Positions 51,991 through 64,000 of a stretch of 64,000 nt of DNA are shown here, one piece after another. The translations under genes and the position numbers were made by a program. The DNA comes from Mobula hypostoma (taxonomy: Eukaryota), in contig NC_086107.1 of the NCBI RefSeq assembly GCF_963921235.1, forward strand, positions 92,940,001-93,004,000. Reading direction: 5' to 3'. Below the pieces are notes generated by a model that was not told where the DNA came from, searched no databases, and saw only the letters and a program-made list of their open reading frames with translations. Position 1 is the stretch's first letter. Every line of letters starts with the position of its first letter.

Positions 51991-53425
51991 TCACACCTCT
52001 CACCTTAAACATATACCCTCTAGTTTTAAACTCTACTACTGTCTTATTTACCCCGTTATGATTTAATAATACTGAATAAAGTTACCCCTTAGAAGCCACC
52101 TCTCTAGCGAAAACAGTCCTGGCCTATTCTATCTCAGTCTATATTTCTTGCTGCTTCAGTAAAGCAGCCAAAGACCCCATCCACCCCAGGCATTCTGCCT
52201 TCTCTCCTCTTCCATTGAGTGGGAGACACAAAAGCCTGAAAGTGTGCACCACCAAGGTCAAGAACAGCTCCTACCCTGTTGTTAATAAGACTATTAAATT
52301 ATCACAAAATGCTGAAGGAACTCAGAAGGTTAGGTGGCATCTATGGAGATGAATAATTTCTTCCAGCATTTTCTGTGTGTTCCTCAAATTTTCCAGAATC
52401 TGCCAAATCTCCTGTGTTTATTAAATAGTCCCCTAGTACTGTAAGGCAGACTCTTGACCTCATTATGATCTTGCACCTTGTTGTTTAGCTGCACTGAACA
52501 TTCTCTGTAGCTGTTAATTTATTCTGCATTCTGTTATTGTTATCTTCCTCAATACACTGTATTGATTTGATCTGTATGAACAATATGTAAGACAAGATTT
52601 TCACTGTGTGTCAGAACATGCGACAATGGTAAACCAAATCCAATACCAACTCGTAACTCAAGCCCTCAAATTCAAGCAACGCCCTTGTGAATCTCTTCTG
52701 CAACATCTCCAGTTTGCTCATAAATACAAGAGATTCTGCAGATCTGGCAATTCAGAGTAGCACACACAAATACTGAAGGGATTCACCAGGTCGGGTAGCA
52801 TCTTCGGAGAAAAATGAAGAACGGCGAGTTTCAGCCCAAAATGTCACTTCGTTATTCCTCTCTATAGATGCTGCCTGATCAGCTGAGTTCCTGCAGCATT
52901 TTATGTGTGCTACTCCAGCTTAACCTTATCTTTCCTGTAGTTTGCCAAGCAGAACTACACATACAGTAATTCTCCCGATGCAGTTGTACTACTGTCTGAT
53001 ATGGTTGTAACATGATGACATTCTAAATCCTGTAATTAATGCCCTGACAGGATAGGGTGTCGTCACCCACCAACTGGGCACTGAAAACACACTCGTTCCT
53101 CAACCGCACTTTATTTACTTGTGCGGGGTGTATGGGGTGTCAGGGAGGGGTAGCACCTCTGGTGGGGGAACATGTTGCGTCACACGCTAGTCACGACACC
53201 ATCATAATGGTGTCAAGGTCCTCATCGACGTTGACGATGGACGAACACAGATTTACTTGTGCACGAGGAGAACAGCACGGCCCCCGTCACCTACACTGTT
53301 CTGAAATCTGAAAAAAGAAGTGCCATTTTTATACAGGTATTGTCTAGTGGATACAGATATTGGTCAATTGGTAAGCTGGTGTATGTTCAAATTCATTATT
53401 TTCATAATCAATCACCAATCCCACT

Positions 53426-53669
53426 GGCCGGCTGGTGGCGCAGTGAGATCAGTGCCGGATTCCAGAGCAAAGGTTCCTGAGTTCGAATCCAGGTCGGGCC
53501 ACCCCCGAGCGCACTTTCCATCCGTGCCGGGTTGAGTGTCGAGCTAGCCGCTCGGCCTCGTAAAAAATCCAAAAGTCGAGCAGGAACGTTCATAACGTGA
53601 CCCGGTTAATCCTGACACCACGTGCCAGACAAGAATGGCTGAATGTCTGGTATGACACGCTTAAAAAAA
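53426..53669 (+). mobile_element. tRNA-headed SINE with poly(A) tail
   Basis: Box A tggcgcagtg, box B gttcgaatcc; TSD accaatcccact / accaatcacact (53414-53425 / 53670-53681). Confidence 0.85.
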
Positions 53670-55364
53670 ACCAATCACACTATGATAATGCAGATGTTAA
53701 TAGCCAATGGAATCTCCACGTTAAATACCAATGATACTTTGGAATTAGTAAAGGAATAGTAAGTGTCACCACAGAATTCTTCATTTGCACCCTTACCTTG
53801 TCTCCGTGAGCCAAATGGCTCTGGTCCCCAGCTGTTAAAAGGGAAGTTGTGCTCTTCAAAGACTTCTCTTGCCTGGGCTGTCTGCACATTATCCATAGAC
53901 ACCCCTTGCCAGGGCATGACCTTAATCCGTGCCTTGTTACTTCCACAAAGTCCAGTGTGCCAAGTGCCACCTTCACCACCTGAGTCACCTCTTTCAGGAA
54001 CTTGTACCCCTGGGAGAATATTATGGAGATACAAGATGGGGATTGGAGTTGTGGGACTCTTCTGTAGAGAGCTGTGCAAAACCTTTGGGCTGAATGGACT
54101 CCTGAGTTAAATCACACACATTGATTGGGCCATACTTCAGGTCCAGGCTAATGGCACACATCCCAAACACCAAAACTATCAAGTAAACAAAAATTTTGAA
54201 TTAAACTCTTAAATCATTACCCAGCTAATGATTCCTCTTCCTTTTCTCCCATGGTCTACTATCCTCTTCTATTAGATTCCTTCTTCAGCCCTTTATCTCT
54301 TCCACCTATCGCAATCCAGCTTCTCATTTGGGTCCCTGCTCCTCCACCCACCTGTTATGTATTTGATGTTTCAGTAATATTTGAGCAATATTGTAAATAT
54401 ATAGCTTTATTAAGCATTCTTGTTTATTTAAATAATTCATTGTGGGTTATATGTAAAACTATGTAAATAGCATATGTTATCATGCCACCACATCATATGT
54501 GGTTGCTTTGCTTATAGTAAAAGTGAAACCAAAGTATGTTTATCTCCCAGCTCCCTTGTTTTCCTTTCCATTTGATTTAATGACTTGGAGTTACAAAACA
54601 CAATAATGCCTACATAGCCCGGTCTACCTTCTCCCTCACCTGGTCTCACCTGCCTGCTTACACTCCTACCGCACCCACCCCCACCTTCTCATCCTGGCTT
54701 CCTTCCCTTTCTTTTCCAGTCCTGATGAGGGGTATCAGCCCAAAACAATGACAGTTTATTTTTCTCCATAAATGCCGACTGACCAGATGAGCTCTGCCCA
54801 GCATTTTGCATTTGTTCCTCTGGATTTCTGGCATCTGCAGAATCTCTTGTGTACTGGAGGATTGGCGGATTATTCACTGTTTAAGAAAAACAGCTAAAAA
54901 TAAACCAGGAAATTATAGGCTGGTGAGCCTGACATCAGCAGTGGGAAAATTACTGGAAGGTATTTTAAGGGACCGGATATATGAGTATCTGGATAGACAT
55001 GTACTCATTAGGGATAGTCAGCACGGCTTTCTGCGTGGCAGGTCATGTCGATCCAATCTTATAGAGTCTTTTGAGGAAGTTACCAGGACAGTTGATAAAG
55101 GCAAGGCAATGGATGTTGTCTACATGGACTTTAGCAGGGCATTGACAAGGCCCCACATGGGAGGCTGGTCAAGAAAGTTCAGTTGGTTGGCATTCAAGAT
55201 AAGGAAGTAAATTGTACTAGAGTTTGGTTTTGTGGGAGAAGCCAAAGAATAGTAGTAAATGGTTGCCTCTCTGACTGGAGAACTGTGACCAGTGGAGTTC
55301 TGCAGGGATCAGTGCCCAGCCCAGTGATGTTGGTCATCTCTATCAACAATCTGGATGATAATAT

Positions 55365-56880
55365 GGTGAAAGAAATGGGAGAAGTTATAGTAGAGGCCTT
55401 GGTGATAATTTACCAAAACTCTGGACTCTGGGGAGGTCCTGGATAATTGGAAGGAGGCACATGTCACACCACTGTACAAAAAAAGAATGTAGGCAAAAGG
55501 CAGGTAACTATAGGCCTGTCAGTTTAACGTCTGTCGTTGGGAATCTATCATTAAAGAAAAAATAGCAAGGCATCTGGAAGCAGCATGGATTCAGAAAAAG
55601 CAGATCCTGTTTGACAAAAATTGCTGGAGTTCATTGAGGATGTAACGAGCGCAGTGGATTACGGGGAACAGATGAACGTTATTTACCCGGATATTCGGAA
55701 GGCGCTCGATAAGGTGTCACGAAAAAGACTTAATCATAAGATAAAGATGCATAGAGTTGGGGGTGTTGTATTAGCATGGATAGAGGATTGGTTAACAAAT
55801 AGAGAGCAGACAGTTGGGATACATGGGTGTTACTCTGGTTGTCAATCAGTGGTGAGTGGTGTGCCGTGGGGGTCAGTGCTGGGCCTGCTACTGTTCACCA
55901 TATACATTAACGATCTGGAAGAGAGGACTGAGTGTAGTGAATCCAAGTTTGCTGATGATACTGAATTGAACGGAGAAGCAAATTGTGCAGAAGAGACGGA
56001 GAGTCTGCAGAGAGATAGAGATAGGTTAATTGAGTGGGCAAGGGTCTGGCAGATGGAGTACAATGTTGGTATATGCGACGTCATCCACTTTGGAAGGGAA
56101 GATAGAAGATCAGATTATTATTTAAATGGTAAAAAATTGCAGCATGCTGTTGTGCAGAGGGACTTGGGAGTGCTTGTGCATGAATCACAAAAGGTTGGTT
56201 TGCAAGTGCAGCAGGTTTTCAAGAAGGTAAATGGAATGTTGGCCTTCATTGCTGGAGGGATTGAATTTAAGAACAGGGAGATTATGCTGCAACTGTACAG
56301 GGTACTGGTGAGGCTGTACTTGGAGTACTGCATGCAGTTCTGGTCTCCTTACTTGAGGAAGGATATACTGTCTTTGGAGGTGGTGCAGAGGAGGTTCACC
56401 AGGTTGATTCCAGAGATGACAGGGTTTGACTGTGAGGAGAGATTGAGTTGCCTGAGACTGTACTCGCTGGAATTCTGAAGAATGTGAGGAGATCTTATAG
56501 AAACATAAAAAATTATGAAAGGAATAGATAAGATAGAGAGAGGAAAGTTGTTTCCGCTGGTAGGTGAGACGAGAACTAGGGAACATAGCCTCAAGATTCG
56601 GGGGAGTAGATTTAGAATGGAGATGAGGAGGAACTGCTTTTCCCAGAGAGTGGTGAATCTGTGGAATTCTCTGCCCAATGAAGCAGTGGAGGCTACCTCA
56701 GTAAATATATCTAAGACAAGGTTGGATAGATTTTTGCATAGTAGGGGAATTAAGGGTTATGGGGAAAAGGCAGGTAGGTGGAGATGAGTCCATGCTCAGA
56801 TCAGCCATGATCTTATTGAATGGCTGAACAGGCTCGATGGACCAGATGGCCTACTCCTGCTCTTATTTCTTATGTTCTTG
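55365..56880 (+). mobile_element. Nested CR1 (RT plus 3' tail)
   Basis: ORF 55621-56478 with GSVLG and FADD; ttcttatg tail. Confidence 0.92.
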
Positions 56881-57406
56881 TGTGGTTAACAGGATTAGCA
56901 GATTTGTGGATGGCACCAAGATTGGGGGTGTAGTGGACTGGTGCGGGGTGGGGGGAACTATTGGAGCTTGCAGTGGGACCTGGACCAGTTGGAAAAATGG
57001 GCTGAGAAATGGCAGATGGAATTTAATGCAGACAAGTGTGAGGCTTTGCTCTTCGGAAGGACCAACCAGTATAGTTTTTACACATTGCATGGTAGGGCAC
57101 TGAGAAGTGTGGTAGAGTAAAATTCTTTGAAAGTAGTGTCACAGGTGGATAGGGTCATAAGGAAAGCTTTTGGCACATGGCCTTCATAAATCAAGGTACT
57201 GAGTGCGGGAGATGGGACGTTATGTTGAAGTTGTAGAAAACATTGGTGAGGTCTGGTTTGGAGTATTGTCTGCAGTTTTGGTCACCTACCTACAGGAAAC
57301 ATGTAAAAATGGTTGAAAGAGTACAAATAAAATTTACAAAGATGTTGCCAGGACTGAAAGACCTGAGTTATAAGGAAAGATTGAAAAGGTTAGAACTTTA
57401 TTACTT

Positions 57407-58216
57407 TATTACTATCTCGTTATTATTCTTATATTGATCCAATATGTGATAGATATCATTTCGAGATAGCTTCTTTAACTCACATGTTTTAGTCATGTCC
57501 TTTGTTGGAACAATATTGGAAAGATATTTTTGATATTATTTCAACGGTTTTGAATATGGATTTACAACATCACCCAATTACTACTATCTTTGGATTACCA
57601 ATGATAGATTCAAATTATTAAACCTCTTCAGCACGCTGGATGATTGCATTTCTTACCTTAATGGCTAGAAGATCCATTTTGCTGAATTGGAAAGAGATGT
57701 ATTTCATTGGTTTTCACAAACTATGGTGTGTTTGAATTTGGAAAAAATTAGAAGTGTGGTTTATGACCCTTCCATTAAATTTGAAAAAACTTGGAGGCCA
57801 TACATTCAGCATTTTCATTTGATGCAATTTGATCATTTCCAAACTTATTTTATTTCTCTGTACTGTTGGTTGAGAGGAATGGAGTCGTCGACACTACGGT
57901 TTTCTTCTTTCCCATTTTTAAGTTGTTAGAATTGCCCAAGTCTTTTAGCTTAGTTGACTAATCTGTTTAGTTTGTTTTTTTTTTGGGATGGGGGTTTTTT
58001 TTCCTATTTTTTTTTCTTTTTCATGATTTTTCTTCAGTTTTTTTTTGCCCTGTATTATTCATTGTTATCCTACACGATCGGGAGCTTTGTCAATTTATAC
58101 TATTTGGTCTTACAATTACTCATTTTAAGTGCAACAATGTATCTCCTACTATTTGTATTATTGCTATGTTATGTCTTCATTCTATGAGATTAATAAAAAG
58201 ATTGAAAAAGAAAGAA
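57407..58216 (+). mobile_element. L1-clade LINE 3' end (Cys/His-rich ORF2 C-terminus, 3' UTR, GAAA tail)
   Basis: CDR...SLTHMF.SCPLLEQYWKDIF and LNLEKIR...KFEKTWRPYI; 15-bp TSD agaactttattactt (57392-57406 / 58217-58231). Confidence 0.88.
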
Positions 58217-58661
58217 AGAACTTTATTACTTGAAATGTAGAAGTTTGAGGGGAGATTTCGATGGAAGTATACGCAGTTATGAGAGGTATAGATAGGGAAA
58301 TGCAAGTGGGCTTTTTCCACTAAAGTTACTACTAGAGGTCATGGGTTAAGGGTGAAAGGTAAAAAGTTTAAGGTGAACATAAGTCCATAAGATATAGGAA
58401 CAGAATTAAGCCATTTGGCCCATCGAGTCTTCTCTACCATTTCATCATGCTAATCCATTTTCCCTCTTAGTCCCAATCTCCTGCCTTTGCCCTGTATCCC
58501 TTCATGTCCTGACTAATCAAGAACCCATCAACCTCTGCCTTAAAAGTACCCCATGACTTGGCCTCCACAGCTGCCTGTGGCAGTGAAGTCCACAGATTTA
58601 CCACTCTCTGGCTAAAGAAATTCCTCCTCTTCTCCGTTCTAAAAACACCCCTCTATTCTGA

Positions 58662-58914
58662 ACGCAAATACGAGGAAATCTGCAGATGCCGGAAATTCAA
58701 GCAACACACACAAAATGCTGGTGGAACACAGCAGGCCAGGCAGCATGTATAGGAAGTAGTACAGTCGACGTTTCGGGCTGAGACCCTTCGTCAGGAATAA
58801 CCGAAAGAAGAGTTCAGTTCGTCCTGACGAAGAGTCTTTGCCCAAACATCGACTGTACTTCTTCCTATAGATGCTGCCTGGCCTGCTGTGTTCACCAGCA
58901 TATTGTGTGTGTTG
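58662..58914. mobile_element. Short Penelope-like fold-back insertion
   Basis: Inverted arms ~58700-58805 and ~58815-58914; 12-bp TSD cctctattctga (58650-58661 / 58915-58926). Confidence 0.88.
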
Positions 58915-59473
58915 CCTCTATTCTGAGTCTGTGTCCGCTGGTCTTAGACTCCCCCATCATAGGAAATACCCTCTCCACATCCACTCTATCAAGGCCTTCC
59001 ACAATTGATAGGTTTCAGAGGTCACCCTTCAATCATCTGAATTCCAGTGAGTAGAGGCCCAGAGCCAACAAACACTCCTCATGTGACAAGCCATTCAATC
59101 CTGGAATCATTTTCCTGAACCTCCTTTGAATCCTTTCCAGTTTCAGCACATCCTTTCTAAGATAAAGGACCCAAAACTGCTCACAATACTCCAAGTGAGG
59201 CCCCACCAGTGCTTTATAAAGTCTCAACATTACATCCTTGCTTTTATATTTTACTCCTCTTGAAAAGAATGCTAACATTACATTTGCCTTCCTCACCTCC
59301 AAACCAACCTGCAAAGTGACCTTTAGGAGATCTAGCAAAGAGGATTCCCAAGTCCCTTTGCACCTCAGATTTTAAAATTTTCTCTCCATTTAGAAAATAG
59401 TCTACTCTTTTATTTCTTCTACCAAAGTGCATCTACCAAAACCATCAATTCCGCCATCCAAATCATTTGTTCT

Positions 59474-59554
59474 CGGCCTGAAACGTCGACTGCACCTCTT
59501 CCTAGAGATGCTGCCTGGCCTGCTGCGTTCACCAGCAACTTTTATGTGTGTTGC
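59474..59554 (+). mobile_element. 81-bp Penelope-like 3' stub
   Basis: Matches 47483-47560; TSD tgttct (59468-59473 / 59555-59560). Confidence 0.8.
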
Positions 59555-59640
59555 TGTTCTAAAAAGCCATCTCATAGGCATTCTATAAATCCCTAACTTG
59601 GGATCCAGCACTAACTTAATTTTACCAATCTACCTGATAT

Positions 59641-60213
59641 CGTATCTGTTAAATAGGGGCCGTGGACAATTCTGATTTGATGGAGACGGACGTGAATGTA
59701 CAGAGGAACATCTGGAAAAATTTCTGAAACGCCATTTCGCTGCTGTTGTTACTGTGTGGTTGGGAATCTTTCAGAGGGAAGGCCTCAAAATCTCCGGCTT
59801 TGCCTGTTGTTGGCGACCGAGATGGAGGTCGAATCGTTTGGCTAGAGATGGCGCTCAGTACTCGATGTCGGAAAGCTGATCAGAGCTTGAAGTTTTCAGA
59901 TGACTCGGAGTCGGACCGTGGTCAGGTATGGCAGGGAGAATTTTTCTTCCTTCTCCCATCTGCGTGAGATGTGGGACATTTGAGAGACTTTGAACTTCTT
60001 ACTGTGCTCATGGACTTTTTCATCAAGTTATGGTATTGTTGCACTGTTGTAACTATATGTTATAATTATATGGTTTTTGTTAGTTTTTTTCAGTCTTGGT
60101 CTGTCCTGTGTTTTGTGATATCACACCGGAGGAAATATTGTATCATTTCTTAATGCATGCATTACTAAATGACAATAAAAGAGGACTGCGTGTCTTCATA
60201 ATCTAAATCTAAA
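59641..60213 (+). mobile_element. Non-autonomous retroposon-like repeat, sibling of 1301-1870
   Basis: Colinear reverse-complement homology; (aatcta)n tail; TSD tgatat (59635-59640 / 60214-60219). Confidence 0.8.
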
Positions 60214-60844
60214 TGATATGGAAATCCCCATGAGTATCATTGCCCTTTTGACATGCATTTTCTATCTCCCATTGTAAACTTTAGAGTATATCTTCACTAC
60301 TGTTTGAGGGTCTGTATATAATTCTCATCAGGGTCTTTTTACCCTTGCAGTTCCTTAAGTCTACCCACAACAATTCAACACTTTCCGATCCTATGCCATT
60401 TCTTTCTGATTATTTGCTTTCATTTTTTATCAATATGTAGGGAAGCTTCTTCACTCAGAGGGTCATGAGAATGTGGAATGATCCAGTGCAAGTAGTGCAA
60501 ATGAGTTTGATTTCAACATTTAAGAGAAGCTTGGATAGGTACATGGATGGCACGATTATGTAGGGCTATGGTCCAGGTGCAGGTCGATGGGACTAGGCAG
60601 TTTAAATGGTTTGGCACAGACTAAAACTGCTGAAGGGTCTGCTTCTGTGCTATACCTTTCTATGACTCTATGTAAAAATGCCCTTTTAATTTTTAAAAAC
60701 TTTGTTATAAATTCTCAAGTTTCCTGCTATTTTCTTCTCCCTCTTGCAGATGGCTGACCCAGGCAGGTTTAAAACAAAAGACCCATCTCAATTTTATTTG
60801 CTGCAATCCTTCTCCAGCCTGTAGGTTGTGAGAGCCTTTCCCCA

Positions 60845-60858
60845 CCAGCAGAGGGCAG
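60845..60858 (+). promoter_or_regulatory. CTCF-like motif CCAGCAGAGGGCAG
   Basis: Matches the CCASYAGRKGGCRS core, in a non-repetitive island. Confidence 0.5.
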
Positions 60859-61027
60859 TGCTGACCAGCACATGGATATAGGACTTGCCCTGTAGGATTA
60901 TGCTCATCCTGATATCAAGCAGGGGTCTGATCAAGAGCACTTAATGTATTCATGTGCATAATAACATAACTGGAGTGAATTACAGACTGGAATCTAACTG
61001 AGGGTGCCTGACCGTTTATATAGTATA

Positions 61028-61587
61028 TACTCGTGGCCATTTTAATAGGCACCTTCTGTACATAGTGAAGTGGCTACGGAGTGTACTTTTGTGGTTTCTG
61101 CTGCTGTAGCCCATCCATTTCAAGGTTCGATGTGTTGTGCGATCAAAGATGCTCTTCTGCACACTACCATTATAACGTGCGATTACTTGAGTTACTGTTG
61201 CCTTCCTGTCAGCTTGAACCAGTCTGGCCGTTCTCCTCTGACCTCTCTCATTAATAGGGCATTTTTGCCACTTACTGGATGTTTTTATTTTGTTTTTTGC
61301 ACCATTCTCTGTAAACTCTAGAGACCGTTGAGCATGAAAATCCCAGGGGATCAAGAGTTTCTGAGATACTCACCCCACCCCGTCTGGCACCAACAATCAT
61401 CCCACGGTCAAAGTCTCTTAAATCACATCTCATCCCCATTCTGATATTTTGTCTGAAAAACAACCAAACCTCTTGACCATGTCTGCATGCTTTTATGCAC
61501 CAACTTGCTGCCACATGATTGGCTGACTTAGATATTTGCAGGAATGAGCAGGTAAACAGGTGTACCTAATAAAGTGGTCACTGAGTC
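61028..61587 (-). mobile_element. Non-autonomous Tc1-like element, sibling of 9641-10265
   Basis: Same TIRs; MGMRCDLRDFDRGMIVGARRGGVSISET..LGFSCSTVSRVYREW transposase N-terminus. Confidence 0.85.
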
Positions 61588-61699
61588 TAAAATAAAGTTG
61601 CCCCCAAGTAACTGCGTCTAGATCCTGATGTGAGTTATATAAGGAGTTCAACGGAGCGGCTGTGGGGTCTTTACTTATGGAATCACGGATACTGTGGTT

Positions 61700-61786
61700 C
61701 AGGGGTTCCCAATCATTGTTTATGCCATGACCCCTACCATTAACCGGTGGAGGGGGGGTCCGTGGACCCTGCGTTGGGAATCCTTG
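61700..61786. mobile_element. hAT-like MITE, sibling of 9937-10009
   Basis: caggggttcccaa...ttgggaatccttg termini; degenerate 8-bp flanks. Confidence 0.7.
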
Positions 61787-63614
61787 CTCTAGTCTGGGTT
61801 ATAGCTGGGCTTGCACTGAGGAGACTGGGTGGTCTGTACAGTAAGTAACAGATCCCCAAAGTTTTACACTTGGAATATAACAGAGGGACTCGGGTGGTTT
61901 GTATACACACTAACGAATGTCTTATCATGAGGGACAGGTTAAAGCGGAATTGAGAGACTCATCTTGTGTGAAGGTGACTGGACAAGATGGAAGGTGATCA
62001 CGAACGGTTGGCGGGCTTGGTAATTGGGAAATGGTTTATTATTGTCGCATGCACCAAGATACAGTGAAAGGCTTTGTCTGCATCCCCTCCAGACGGGTCA
62101 TTCCATACACTGAGGTAGTACAAGGGAAAGCAATAACAGAATGCAGAGTAAAGTCTTAGAGTTACAGTGTAGATAGACAATAAGGTGCAAGCGCCACAAC
62201 GAGACATATTGAGAGTTCAAGAGTTCAGTGAGCAACTGGGAGCATTTCTGCAGACAAAGAGATGCTCTGCAGACTTCTTATCCAAAGCTTTGGCAACTTA
62301 TTCCTACTCTGGTTCTGTGGAATCTATCACTTGTGTTACCCTGAATCTTGGTTCGACTGATGAGATGAAATTGGAATAAGATCCTACTTTCACAATAAAA
62401 TCAGTGATTCTGATTCTGACTGCTACAAAACTACCAAATAGTTGTTAAACTTTTGTCCTCTGTACCCTATCATCATCATTATTATGTGCCGTCTTGTATG
62501 ATGTGGGCGAATATGGTCTATGACTATGATTGTTTTTGGCAATTTTTTTTCCCAGAAGTGGTTTGCCATCGCCTTCTTCTGGGCAGTGACTTTACAAGAC
62601 AGGTAACCCCAGCCATTATCAATACTCTCCAGAGATTGTCTGCCCAGCATCAGTGATCACATAACCAGGACTTGTGATCTGCACCGGCTGCTCATACGAC
62701 CATCAACCTCCTGCTCCCATGGCTTCACGTCACCCTGATCATGGGGCTAAGCAGGTGCTACACCTTGCCCAAGGGTGACCTTCAGGCTAGGGGAAGGAAA
62801 GAGTGTCTTACACCTCCTTTGGTAGAGACGTATCTCCACCCCACCACCCATCAGTACCCTATAGCGATATTAAATGGCTTCTGAAATGGGTGGACAGGAC
62901 AGAGATGGGGTGAAGAGTCTGAGTTTTTTCGGTAGAGTTGCAAAAACTTACACACACAGAAGATCTGTTGCCAATTAAACCTGGGCTTTCTTAGCATTTT
63001 AATGTTATATGTAAAAATAAACTTTATTCACAATGAATTATTTACAAGAATAAATCTTGCATTCATAGATAATGTGTTAAATAGTGTTCTATGAAATTAA
63101 ACTCAATTGCACCATTGACAATCATGTGGCTCTCTGGGCTGGTACACTACTACAATAACCGAGGCGATTCCTCACCCAAACCACCCCCTTCCTGCCCAGT
63201 AGCAGAAGAACCCTATACTGTCAATAGAGACACTGCCAAATGGTTGGCACGAGATTGGCACTCCCCATGGAAGGACTGAGTTCCAGCTGTCGCTCTCCTC
63301 GATGCTGACGGAGGATGCTTATTGAAATTCCGAGACTTATGTAACTGTTGGTGCGGACTGTAGTTTACATGATCTCATTCAGTTTTCTGTGTTTTCTCTC
63401 TTTTTGCCATTTTCTGGCTGGGCAGTGTGCTAGTTTTTGTGCGAGGGAGGGGTTGGGGAGGTGGGTTTTGGGTTTGATATTCCAGCTGCCATTTTCAGGT
63501 GGGCGATTGGTTAGTTTTTGTGCGAAGGAGGGGGTTTGGGGTTTGCGTGTTTTGATTCTTTTTCACGCAAGGGAGAGGGGTGCTGATGTCTTTTCTTCCA
63601 ACAACTTGAGTTGA

Positions 63615-64000
63615 GCTGCTGATCAGGGACAATATCACAGCTACACTCAGTATCTGGAGGGGTCATTTGGGTGGAGCTCGGGAATAGGAAAGGTGCGATC
63701 ACACTGATGGGATTGTACTACAGACCCTCTAATAGCCACCGGGATATTGAGGAACAAATATGTAATCAGATTAAGGTAAAAATAATCGGGTTGTTGTCAT
63801 GGGGGATTTCAGCTTCCCTAAAATACACTGAGTCCTTCTTAGTGTAAGGGGATTAGCTGGGGCAAAATGTGTTAAGTGTATCCAAGTGAGTTTCTTACAC
63901 CAAAATGAAGATGGTCCAATGAGAGGAAGGGCTGTCCTGGGTAATGAGCCTGGCCAGGTAACTGACCAGGGTGAGAAGTTAAGAATCAGTGATCTCAACA
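63615..64000 (+). mobile_element. CR1 AP-endonuclease fragment
   Basis: IWVELGNRKGAITLMGLYYRPSNS and VVVMGDFSFP. Confidence 0.85.

Larger units (their letters stand above)
58385..60435 (-). mobile_element. Internally deleted minus-strand CR1, itself hosting three insertions
   Basis: RLYKALVGPHLEYCEQFW and HFGRRNKRVDYFLNGE; endonuclease region at ~60215-60435. Confidence 0.8.
54855..60672 (+). mobile_element. Host CR1 RT/3' region fragmented by multiple nested insertions
   Basis: Host pieces at ~54855-55364, 56881-57406, 58217-58382 and 60437-60672 read as consecutive CR1 sequence. Confidence 0.8.

Overview
A vertebrate genomic window that is mostly transposon-derived. Abundant CR1 LINEs, Penelope-like elements, Rex1/Babar fragments and HE1/V-SINE-like repeats suggest a cartilaginous fish, probably a ray or shark (inference). 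One host gene can be rebuilt by hand on the minus strand: a GARIN/FAM71-family (Golgi-associated RAB2 interactor) gene with four phase-compatible GT-AG coding exons (31815-31654, 21773-21586, 14405-14108, 12636-12421; 287 aa). It has a probable non-coding first exon ending at 45478 beside a perfect CRE palindrome and a CTCF-like motif, and a possible alternative C-terminus via a 26-nt micro-exon (8222-8197). The rest is a deeply nested TE landscape: young and old CR1, L1, Rex1, a HERO-like RLE fragment, RTE-tailed and tRNA-headed SINEs, solo LTRs and Tc1, hAT and Harbinger-like MITEs. The most interesting signals are the Penelope-like elements, which carry minimal hammerhead ribozyme cores, form fold-back insertions and have twice hit the same homologous site in CR1 ORF2; a TATA plus TOP-like antisense promoter at about 11.9 kb; and a 51/57-bp frame-preserving tandem array. 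I found no evidence of a wholly new multi-gene system. Repeat boundaries without a stated TSD are approximate.
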